DNA of 53,798 nucleotides from NCBI GenBank assembly GCA_964437135.1, contig CAYTFO010000001.1:1-53798 (forward strand). Direction: 5' to 3'. Shown here piece by piece: positions 1 to 9,500 of this stretch. Each line of letters opens with the position of its first letter. The first letter of the stretch is position 1. Under the pieces are notes generated by a model, which saw only the letters and a program-made list of their open reading frames with translations, was not told the origin of the DNA and made no database searches. Source of the DNA: an uncultured Roseivirgaceae bacterium. Lineage in GTDB: Bacteria; Bacteroidota; Bacteroidia; Cytophagales; Cyclobacteriaceae. A program made the translations under genes and the position numbers.

Positions 1-102
1 AATGATCTTTGTTTCCCTATGTCTTAAGTTGACGGCTATGGTGTAAACACCAACAAGAGAAATAAGTTAGAAAAATTAAATTAGCAAATAATGTAAGAGT
101 AG

Positions 103-339
103 AATATTCTTTATCTTTATCAAAGAATTAGCTATATTACTAATAAGAACAGAAGAGAATTCAAATCAGAATTGGAGAGATACAAAAACCAAATTAATGC
201 TTCTACTGAGTATTTAAGAAAGGGTTTTGAGGATCTCAACAAACGAAATTTTGAGCTCTACGAGTTTATTGAAACTAATTATTTTGATCTGGGGGAAATG
301 GTTACGACTCTGGAGAGTAAGATAGAAAAGCTTAACTAA
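103..339 (+). CDS. Small coiled-coil ORF, paralog of ORF 1016..1231. It has no ATG, so it may use TTG at 172, use a non-canonical start, or be a decayed copy.
   Basis: Frame 1 is open from the stop at 100-102 to TAA at 337-339. My translation is ...NKNRREFKSELERYKNQINASTEYLRKGFEDLNKRNFELYEFIETNYFDLGEMVTTLESKIEKLN. It aligns by eye with ORF 1016..1231 (EFK..E....QI.A..YL..GF..L ... SKIE), about 12 of the first 27 aligned residues identical. No in-frame ATG lies upstream of the homologous part. Confidence 0.3.
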   Translation, partial: NILYLYQRISYITNKNRREFKSELERYKNQINASTEYLRKGFEDLNKRNFELYEFIETNYFDLGEMVTTLESKIEKLN

Positions 340-340
340 C

Positions 341-664
341 TCAATCCACCAGCATTTCTTTTATGACTGATTTGGTTTCTTTTATTTCCTTAAGTGAAAG
401 AGTATTAAACGTTTTGATCACCCTTACCTTATCTATGGTTCTGATTTGATCTAAAACAATCCAGCCTTTTTTGTTATTGTGATTGATTGCAATTCTTGTG
501 GGATAATTTTTTCCGGTAGTAGTCATTGGAGCAATGATAATAGTTTGCAGATGGTAGTTCATTTCATTAGGACTGATAATAACACAGGGTCTGGTTTTCT
601 TAATCTCACTTCCGATCGTTGGGTCAAGATTGACCAATACAATTTCATATTGATTCAATTCCAT
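341..664 (-). CDS. mazF: Type II toxin, MazF/PemK-family endoribonuclease
   Basis: 107 aa. PemK-like blocks: YEIVLVNLDPTIGSEIKKTRPCVIISP and IIIAPMTT...YPTRIAI...GWIVLDQIRTIDK. Its start overlaps the upstream antitoxin ORF by 10 nt. Confidence 0.85.
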   Translation of the reverse strand: MELNQYEIVLVNLDPTIGSEIKKTRPCVIISPNEMNYHLQTIIIAPMTTTGKNYPTRIAINHNNKKGWIVLDQIRTIDKVRVIKTFNTLSLKEIKETKSVIKEMLVD

Positions 665-900
665 TCATCGAGATTTTCATCTTCAAAGACATCATCCATC
701 AACAAATCATCATCTTTTTCTTGATTCATTCTTTTAAAAGCAACGTCCCAACCAGATCTTGGTTTTTCAATTGGTTTGAGAACAATTTGATCTGCTTCAA
801 AATGAATTTCAACCTTGTCCTTTATTTGATATCTTTCCAATACTGCTTTACTTAGACGGATTCCTTTAGAGTTTCCGATCTTTATAACTGAAACTTCCAT
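655..900 (-). CDS. mazE: Type II antitoxin, MazE/AbrB (SpoVT-AbrB fold) family
   Basis: 81 aa. N-terminal swapped-hairpin motif VIKIGNSKGIRLSKAVLERYQIKDKVEI...IVLKP and an acidic C-terminal tail (DDDLLMDDVFEDENLDEW). It lies immediately upstream of the toxin and overlaps it. Confidence 0.8.
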   Translation of the reverse strand: MEVSVIKIGNSKGIRLSKAVLERYQIKDKVEIHFEADQIVLKPIEKPRSGWDVAFKRMNQEKDDDLLMDDVFEDENLDEWN

Positions 901-917
901 TGTAAATTAAACGAGTA

Positions 918-938
918 TGTAATTACAATGTTATTACA
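918..938. promoter_or_regulatory. Candidate operator: inverted repeat TGTAAT-N9-ATTACA just upstream of mazE
   Basis: tgtaattacaatgttattaca has perfect 6-nt arms and lies 18 nt upstream of the mazE start codon at 900. Type II antitoxins commonly autoregulate through palindromes in their promoter. Confidence 0.25.
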
Positions 939-1015
939 AAATATTCATATTTTATGATTTCATTGAGTATATTATTCAACTTTAGTGATTTACAGGGAAA
1001 AATCTGATGTACTAG

Positions 1016-1231
1016 CTAACCCAAGTTATTTTCTATTTTAGAAATTCGGTTTTCATGATCGGAGAGACCATCGGCAATAAAAGACATGAAGTCTGACATC
1101 TCCTTCTGAAAATCCCGATGAGACTGAGACAGACCTTTAAACCCATCATTCAGATAGGATATCTTAGCATCTATTTGTGATAAGCTTTTCTCGATCTTTA
1201 GCTTAAACTCGTTGAACTTCTCTATGTCCAT
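1016..1231 (-). CDS. Hypothetical small coiled-coil protein (71 aa)
   Basis: ATG-initiated ORF with heptad-like helical sequence and no recognisable family. It is a paralog of the open frame at 103..339. Confidence 0.5.
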   Translation of the reverse strand: MDIEKFNEFKLKIEKSLSQIDAKISYLNDGFKGLSQSHRDFQKEMSDFMSFIADGLSDHENRISKIENNLG

Positions 1232-1280
1232 CTCCTGGATTTCTTGTATTTTAGGTAATATACGAAATAATAAATATTGA

Positions 1281-2456
1281 ATGTTTCAAATATACCATAA
1301 AAACGTTATAAATAAAATTAATCGTTTGATTTCAAGATTTCTATTGGCAGCGCTCGCAATTAGTGTTAGTTGTCAGGAATTATTTGCTCAGGACAAACGT
1401 TCTCGAGATTATGGTATTGAAATCGGAGTTCTAAAACCCGGAGAAAACAATGCAATCACCGATGTGGAGGGTGTTCAGGTAGGTCATTTTACTTTGAATA
1501 AAGGAAAGAACATAAGGACTGGAGTAACAGCGATACTTCCGCATGATGGAAATATTTTTCAAAACAAAGTACCGGCAGCGATTTACATTGGGAATGGTTT
1601 TGGAAAATTGGCAGGTCATAGCCAGGTACAAGAACTGGGAAACATCGAGACGCCGATTATCCTTACCAATACGTTGAGCGTTCCAACGGCTATGAACGCT
1701 GTGATAAATTATACCCTGGAGCAAAGAGGGAACAAAGATGTACGCAGTGTCAATGCCGTAGTTGGAGAAACGAACGACGGAAGGCTTAACGACATTCGAG
1801 GGCAGTATATCAAAGAAAAACATGTGTTGGAAGCAATTGAGAATGCAAAGTCAGGAGCTGTTGAAGAAGGGAATGTAGGGGCAGGAACAGGCACCGTTTG
1901 TTTTGGATTTAAAGGAGGAATCGGTACAGCATCGAGAGTACTACCGGAATCAAAAGGCGGGTATACCCTTGGTTTGCTTGTACAAACAAATTTTGGAGGA
2001 GTGTTGGAAATTGCAGGTTTACCAGTGGCTAAAGAGATGGGAAGATATCCCTACAGAAACGATTATGAGGCAGATGGAAGTTGCATGATCGTGATCGCAA
2101 CTGATGCGCCAGTTGATGCTCGCAATCTTGAAAGAATGGCAAAAAGAGCGATGCTGGGTCTTGCGAAAACGGGTGGAATTGCTTCTAATGGCAGTGGGGA
2201 CTATGTAATTGCCTTTTCGGCAGCAAAAGAAAATCGAGTACCTTATGAGATGAAGAAACCCGTTAGAAAAGTTGAGTATCTCGAAAATGACGTTATGACA
2301 CCACTGTTTTTAGCGGTTGTTGAGGCAACAGAAGAGGCTATTATTAATTCTCTTTTTGCAGCAGAAACGATGGAGGGGAGAGATGGAAATGTAGTTGAAG
2401 AACTTCCGGTTGATGAGGTTATGGAGATAATGCGAAAGTATGGTAGAATTGAGTGA
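1281..2456 (+). CDS. P1/S58-family peptidase (DmpA-like L-aminopeptidase/D-esterase), secreted
   Basis: 391 aa with an N-terminal signal-like segment. DmpA-like blocks include ITDVEGVQVGH, TGVTAILP, GNVGAGTGT and CMIVIATDAP. Confidence 0.8.
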   Translation: MFQIYHKNVINKINRLISRFLLAALAISVSCQELFAQDKRSRDYGIEIGVLKPGENNAITDVEGVQVGHFTLNKGKNIRTGVTAILPHDGNIFQNKVPAAIYIGNGFGKLAGHSQVQELGNIETPIILTNTLSVPTAMNAVINYTLEQRGNKDVRSVNAVVGETNDGRLNDIRGQYIKEKHVLEAIENAKSGAVEEGNVGAGTGTVCFGFKGGIGTASRVLPESKGGYTLGLLVQTNFGGVLEIAGLPVAKEMGRYPYRNDYEADGSCMIVIATDAPVDARNLERMAKRAMLGLAKTGGIASNGSGDYVIAFSAAKENRVPYEMKKPVRKVEYLENDVMTPLFLAVVEATEEAIINSLFAAETMEGRDGNVVEELPVDEVMEIMRKYGRIE

Positions 2457-2585
2457 AAATGAGATATTACAGTTAAATTATTAGAATTAAAGGTCTGGAA
2501 GTCTGCATTTAGACAATTCAACAACTGGACAATTAGCCATTTATCAAATTAGACAATAACCTACTATTTAGCTAACTTCGTTTTG

Positions 2586-3368
2586 ATGAATTTCCGTATT
2601 TATATTCTTGCCGTCCTGGTACCAATTTGGGGATTTTCTCAATCAGATCCCCCTGAGAGAATTGTGAACGATCAGGTTCAATTCTGGACGAGTGTAAACA
2701 GTACCATCCGGGTATCACAACGATGGGGTATTATTGCGGATGCACATATCCGGAGAAATGATTTTGTGAAGGAACCCAACTTCTATTTTACCAGACTGGG
2801 TGGGGCTTTCTGGATTGATGATGCCTTTTCTGTTGCCGGAGGAGGTGCTTTACTTTGGTTGGCAACAGATACCGAAGTGGGTTCTGAATATGCACTGGAA
2901 AAAAGAACCTACCAACAATTTCTCTGGCGTGAAAAAATCTCGAGGCTTACCTTTTTGCAGAGAATTAGAATAGAACAACGCTGGCATGAAGTATTGGACC
3001 CTTCCGATGCCTCAGTAGATCGAATACGCTACACCAATAGATTTCGATTTTTGATGTCAGCAACCATTAAGGTTTTTGAAAACAACTATCTCCCAAAGCC
3101 CGTAATCGCTAATGAAATTCATTTCCACCTGGGTGAAGAGGTTATTTACAATACGTTCGAACAAAATAGAATCTTTTTAGGTATTAATCAACGGCTCTCT
3201 CCGATCTGGAGCTTTGACTTCGGCTATATGTTGGTTTACCAGCAGAAATATTCAGGAGTCAATTACGACTTGAATCATACACTTCGATGGTTTTTCTACT
3301 ACACCCCGGATTTCAGAAAAGAGAAAAACAAGGAACTACCAAATTATCCTATGAATGGGTTTCAGTAA
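2586..3368 (+). CDS. DUF2490-like secreted or outer-membrane protein
   Basis: About 260 aa with a signal peptide (ILAVLVPIWGFSQ). The sequence is rich in aromatic/beta-type alternation and resembles DUF2490 proteins from memory. ATG is at 2586; the track uses TTG at 2583. Confidence 0.55.
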   Translation: MNFRIYILAVLVPIWGFSQSDPPERIVNDQVQFWTSVNSTIRVSQRWGIIADAHIRRNDFVKEPNFYFTRLGGAFWIDDAFSVAGGGALLWLATDTEVGSEYALEKRTYQQFLWREKISRLTFLQRIRIEQRWHEVLDPSDASVDRIRYTNRFRFLMSATIKVFENNYLPKPVIANEIHFHLGEEVIYNTFEQNRIFLGINQRLSPIWSFDFGYMLVYQQKYSGVNYDLNHTLRWFFYYTPDFRKEKNKELPNYPMNGFQ

Positions 3369-3414
3369 TAGTAGTATTCAATTGTCAGAATTCAGTTTTC
3401 AGAAAAATTATCCA

Positions 3415-3442
3415 TATCTAGTGCGCATTTATAACGCGTGCT
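3415..3442. repeat. Copy 1 of a 28-nt intergenic motif TATCTAGYGCGCRTTTATAACGCRTGCT
   Basis: tatctagtgcgcatttataacgcgtgct matches the copy at 3501..3528 at 25 of 28 positions. It has imperfect internal dyad symmetry. Confidence 0.7.
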
Positions 3443-3500
3443 GATCATTTCGGAAAGCAAATAGAAAACCGAGTATCGAATACTGCTTACTTAAATCTCC

Positions 3501-3528
3501 TATCTAGCGCGCGTTTATAACGCATGCT
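3501..3528. repeat. Copy 2 of the 28-nt intergenic motif
   Basis: tatctagcgcgcgtttataacgcatgct contains the hairpin gcgtt-tat-aacgc. It lies 22 nt past the stop of the giant minus-strand gene. Confidence 0.7.
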
Positions 3529-3549
3529 TTACCTATATAGTCAACCAAC

Positions 3550-6500
3550 TCAATGTTTCACCACTACCTTGTAAGTCATCACACTCTCACCACTCTTATC
3601 GTCCACAAACCTTAGTATGTAGATTCCTTCTTCCAGTTCCTGTGTTCTCACCTCAATTTCCTGATCAAATCCATTCTGCATTTCGATTTCCTTCACTATG
3701 GATCCGGACAAACTGAACATCTGCATCTGTACATTTTCAGAAATCAATTGCTTGTATTTCAATGTAAAGGATTCATCTGCAGGGTTTGGATATACCTGAA
3801 GATCAGTAAAGTATTCACGTATGATGCTTAGAACTAACTGAAGTTCAACACTAATACCCTCTTCAGTAACTGTCACATTCGCATCAAACTCAGTTTCTCT
3901 ACCTTCCTCGATTTCAAAGTCAATATTGGAAGTCTCATCCATTGGTACACCCGGATACTGAATATTGATTCTATAAAAACCCGGAGGAATATTTCCAAAG
4001 CTTACATTACCCTGATCATCCGTTTCCTTATATGCGACGAGTACATATTCATCATCATTCTGTCCAATACGTCCTCCCCCACCTGTGACACGTCTTCTTA
4101 AAGAACAACCAGCTTTTCTTACCCTTCTCCTTGCTTCAATACGTGCATCCTCTTCTGCAAAATCACTTTCCACTAACATGTCCAGCGTGCCAGGACCTTC
4201 CACAAAATCATCAGGTCGAAGAATCATGGTATAAGTACCTTCAGGAACTTCAAAATCACTTCTTACTTCAAGTGTATCAGCAAGTATCCAATCTTCAGTA
4301 TTTCCTACATAAGTGGGAACAAATTCTTCATTATTTAGGACTTCTGTTATACATACATAATTCCCGAGGATCAGATTTTCGACTCGGAATTCACCTGCTG
4401 TTACAGATACAGTTTGAACAGTATCATAAGGCTGTCCTTTAATGGTTTCAAAAGCTTGCATAGAACCTACAGTTAACCCAATATTGGTTCTTGGATCGAC
4501 AACTACTCCAAAAATATCTGCAGTAGCAAGTACCTCTATTGGCTCCGTAACGATCTCAAAATTAGGATCTATTGCTTCAGTTGCACTACTAGTTGCCGTT
4601 AGGGTATAATTACCCATATCTTCAAAATTAATTTCCGAGACACCATAAGTATCTGATGTAGCTCCTGCAATATTTGCCGGAAGTGTTTCAGCTCTGTAGG
4701 GTTGTAGTTTCCATTGATACTCCTCTGCACCTTCAATTGGTTCAGACAACTCAAAAGCGGTACCCTGTTCGATAACTACAGAGTTACTTGCTACTGATTT
4801 AGGATTCTGTGGATTGAAATCCAGTCCGGTTCTGGCTGCATTTGGATCCAGGTCATCAAACTCAAAATCATTATTGGTTATATCGAAAGAGGTCACGTTG
4901 GTAAGTGTTCCGGTAAAATTCGGTAATCCGGAAAGGTTATTATCCGAAAGGTCAATAGATGTAAGTCCTTCAACATCTGCTAATTCTATTGGAACATCTC
5001 CCGAAACTCCGGTATTTTCAAGATTCAATTCTGTAACCCTGTTATTCGCAATTGTTACTTCAGCCCAGTCAGCAATTGGAGTTGAGGTCCAATCCGAAAT
5101 ACTTGAAGAAGGATTCACAATGGCAGCATAAACGATTCTAAGAGATGCAGAATCCCTTTCCAATGAAGAGACGATGATATTTATTGGATCGGTAGTGATC
5201 GTAAGTTCAGGAGCAGAACTGTTAGTCACCTGTGCAATATACTCTGCCTCATCACTGAAGTCAGTGATTGGAATAGTAAATGAAGAGGTTGTTTCACCTA
5301 TCGCTGCTCCATCTCTTAACCAAACATAGGTTTCACCACCAGGAACTGTTCTATCGACTACATAGTCTGAACCTATCTGAACCAATTCTCTCAAAGGATC
5401 CAATGCAGGTTTTTGTGGAGAATAGGTAATATCATAACTTCCGGACAGTACTCCATCTGTTAGATCTGCAAAATCAAGTTCATTATCTGCAATATTGACA
5501 GTCGTTAGAACTGTTTTGCTTTCAATTCCTATTACCGTTTCAATTTTATTACTGCTTATATTCAAAGTAGTAAGGGAATCCAAACCATCTCCTGAAATAT
5601 CAAAATCTCCGGTAAGGCCATTGAGAGTCAAATTCAATGCAGTTACTGCGCCTCCGGTAACAGTGACCCCAAACCATGAGTCAAGATCTCCGCTTAACCA
5701 ACCTGAATTATTGGTCCATTCCCCTCCGCCATTTGCATTGTAAAGGGCAATTAACATGGTTGAATCAGACTCAAGCTGACTTTTTTCAACATTAATAGTT
5801 ACCACTTCTCCTGCTGAATTTTGTACACCGTCATTTACCAGAATAGTCAGGTCGTAGCTGGCAGCCGCCTGAAAATCGATCGCGCCAGTCGTTCTAATCT
5901 GTCCTGCAGTGTCAATAGAGAATGGAACCGGCTCAACAATTGAATAAGTATAGTCAGTGGCGGGTTCAGCATCTATGTCAGTGAAGGTAATGGGAGTACC
6001 AACCAAAGTTCCGATATCTGTGTTTTCCGGTACTTCAAACGGTCCGGCTGGATCTATAACCGGAGGATTATCATTGACAGGATTTATCGTGATATTAATT
6101 GCAATTCCTGTGATATTGATAGCTCCGTCTGTTAAAGAAAGTGTTGCCTGGTCTGTAAAATTCTCTGAATCATCATGAAAAAAGACGATCTCATTATTAT
6201 CAATATCAGCCTGACTAAAGCTTGAAATAGGTGTACCAGGATCACCAATATTTTCAAATTGACCGAAATCAGCGGCGGAAGTAACAGAGTAAATTAATTC
6301 TGTTGAATCGTTATCCGGATCGGTATAAAGCAACAAATCTGGGGTGATTACAAGGCTTTCACCTTCGTCCATAACCAACCCGGTATTATTTATCTCTTCC
6401 GGAGAATCATTTGCTGGATTTACTGTTATATTAAATGTTGAAGAGACAGCTGTATTTAATCCATCGGTAACATTAAAATTAAAACTATCGGATGTAGTTT

Positions 6501-9500
6501 CACTTCCATCATGTTGATAAAGCAAATTACCATTATTGATATCTAACTGTGTAAAACTTGTGACCGGAGTGACAAGATCCGGTGAGATAACAAGAATACC
6601 GTGAGCCGGAGCAGTTTGTACGTTGTAAGTGAGTGCACTTACCGGACTGTCGAAATCAGAATATTCAAGATTTGAAGTCTCTATCTCCAAAAGAAATCCT
6701 TCTGTAACAGTGATTCCAGTATTGGTCTGTTCAACCGGGGCTTCTTCATTCGCCAGAGTAACTGAAATGGTTGCTGTTTGTCCGGCTATAGAAGTGAAAC
6801 CGTCGGAAATTGCAAAATTAAAAGTATCCGAAGTTGTTCTGGAATCATCATGCCCATATTTTACTCTTCCGGTTTCTACATCTCCCTGTGTAAAGGACTG
6901 GCCAATATTTAACGGCACATCATCTAATAAAATATTTCCATTTACCGGAGTTGTTTCCAGGGTAAAAGTTCTAAACTCAGGAGGAGTATCTAAATCTACC
7001 GCAATTATATTGGAAGCACTGAGGGTGAGAGTATCCCCTTCACCGACAGTAAATGCACTATTCCCCAGGGATATTGGCTGCGTGTTGAAGGCAATTGAGT
7101 CCCTTTCTCCTATACCTTCATATGAGTTGGACATAAATACATCGATGTCTCCATCATTATCTATATCTACCGCAATGAGTTTATCAGTATAATTGGGTGT
7201 ACCAAATATCAAACCTGAATCAGAGAAAGTTCCGTTTCCGTCATTCAATAACAATTTGTGCTCCCCACTGTAAGCAGACAAAAACATATCAATATCACCA
7301 TCACCGTCCATATCTGCCAGTTCAATCTGATCAGGATAAGAACCCCCAAAGAAAGCAGCTGAGAATGTTTGCCCACCTTCTACAAAATTCCCGTTAGATT
7401 CATTGTAGAACATCACTTTTTCAGTGGTTACTACGTCCTGGAAGCCATCTCCATTGACATCAGCAATTTCCATGTCGAGATTGAATGATTCTGTTATTAG
7501 CTCTCCAATCTGGTTACCATAAGACCCGTATGCACTAGGCACGACATCAAACATTCTCACAAAATTTCCTGCAACAAATGCCAAATCTGTGTCGCCATCA
7601 TTGTCGAAATCGGTAGAACGCAAGGTTCTTATTGAATACCCGGAACTGTTTATAAAAGTACCACCATTCGAATATAAAAATCCTAAATCATTCACATAAG
7701 TAACGACACCCTGCGTACCAAACCTACTTCCACCTCCGAAGAAATCCAGATCACCATCACGATCAAAATCAACCCAGACATTAGAATACTTCGTTCCATT
7801 AGTAGTTATATTTTGTGCCAGAAAATCCACTCCATTATTGATAAATAATTCTGTAGTAGAATATTCATCTTTAGAGAGCAGAATATCCCCATCTCCATCC
7901 AAATCATAATCTGCAACGGCTATATCATAAATGGTATTAAAATTACCGTTCGCAAACAGCGTATCAACCGCAGTAAATTGATTGGGGCCATCATTATTAA
8001 TGACAAAAATATTGCTGTTATCTGAAGCAATTACATCTAAGTCTCCATCATTATCATAGTCGTAGAAATCTCCACCATCAAAATAAGTATCAACTCCTAG
8101 TCCAAAACCCTGAGTAAAGAATGTTCCCAATGAATTGAATGATGGGCTACCCTGAATATCAATCGTAAATACCTGTTGGAAAACATCTCCAAATTGATCA
8201 TAGGCTTCTACCTCAATCTGCATGGAACTTCCTGGAAACCTGTTCAGTTCCTGGTTGAGAATTAATCGGCCATCAGTAGTTGTTGTAAAGAATCCATTTT
8301 GCGGGCCATTCCCAGAGGAGTTGTCACTCATTCTGAAGAAAACATCATCCCCATCCGGTTCGGTAAAGGATAATGAGCCAACCTGAGTTCCTTTCATACT
8401 TAAATAGTTGACGGTATTATTATCCAGACTGACGGAACTAATAGGATTTTGATCTTCATTGAAGAAAATCATGTTTTCTGATGAGAAAGCGTATCTGAAA
8501 CTCACAAAAACATCAAGGTCACCATCTCCATCAAAATCTGCAGGTATTATTTCAGAAACTCTATACGACCTGGTGGGTAGGTCTATGACAAATTCAGGAG
8601 GTCCGAAATTACCATTCCCATCATTGGCATGTATAGTCAACAATTCTTCTTCTCCACCAGGCCCAAAATATTTATTTGACGCAAATAAATCAACATCCCC
8701 ATCTCCGTCATAGTCTCCTGCTGCTGTCCAATAGACATCGTCATAGGTAAATGGATTACCAAAATCGTAAAACCCAAGAGGCGCATCACCGTTTTTAAAC
8801 GTAGCATACCCTGAAGATTCATAGGTTCCCTGAGTCATATCCAGATCTCCGTCTCCATCAAAATCAAAAAAAGTAGTAGCTTCAGTATATCGAGTAGATA
8901 TTGTATCTGTAGGAGTTAGTGAAAATTTACTATTTGGATCTGATAATAAATAGCCATTATTACTGTACACGAAAACTGCTTCTCCATAACCTGAAAAATA
9001 ACCAGAAACAGCAACGTCAACATCTCCATCCTTATCAAAATCTCCAATCCCATCAATAAAATATATATTGTAGCTTGAAATTCCTACATAAACCTGAGGA
9101 ACCTGTACAAAATTCCGCGCACCATAATTAGCAAAAATTTGAATGGGATTACTAAATACAGGCTTAACCAGAATATCAAAATCTCCATCATTATCAAAGT
9201 CAGCGACCTTAACTCTGTCCCAATAAACTGATGATAGGTCACCACCTCCTTCATTACTGAATACTCCGCCTCCTTCATTAAAAAAGACCGGGTATTCATT
9301 ATTGAAAGAACCAGAGGTTCCAAAATTACCAGCAATGACGATATCTAAATTTCCGTCATTGTCCAAATCGACAATTTCAATTTCACTGGCATCATCGTAT
9401 CTGGAACCTGCAGCAAAATCATTTTTAGTTGGGAAAGTACCATCACCAAAATTGTAGTAAATAGTGAAAGCCGTGTCCTGAAGAACAACGATATCCAGAT

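Noticed and set aside
1-1260. Interpreting the left-end TA region as a mobile element or genomic island
   Set aside because: No integrase, transposase, tRNA attachment site or DNA-level terminal repeats are visible within the window. The accessory character rests only on the gene content.
1431-2524. Antisense or alternate-frame ORFs overlapping the DmpA-like gene (1431..1823, 1709..1894, 1903..2088, 2243..2524). Similar shadow ORFs occur inside ldh, lipA, the E1 fusion, the ABC transporter, gpmI, ppiD and others.
   Set aside because: Each overlaps a gene with strong family motifs, and their translations show no recognisable motifs. I treat them as shadow ORFs.
2511-2557. Three GACAAT hexamers (2512, 2528, 2552) upstream of the DUF2490-like gene, as a possible regulator site
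   Set aside because: The motif is short and AT-rich, the spacing is irregular (16 and 24 nt), and chance occurrence is likely in this base composition.
3415-3528. Possible CRISPR array
   Set aside because: There are only two copies of a 28-nt motif, the spacing is 86 nt between starts, the copies are not identical, and no cas genes are present in the window.
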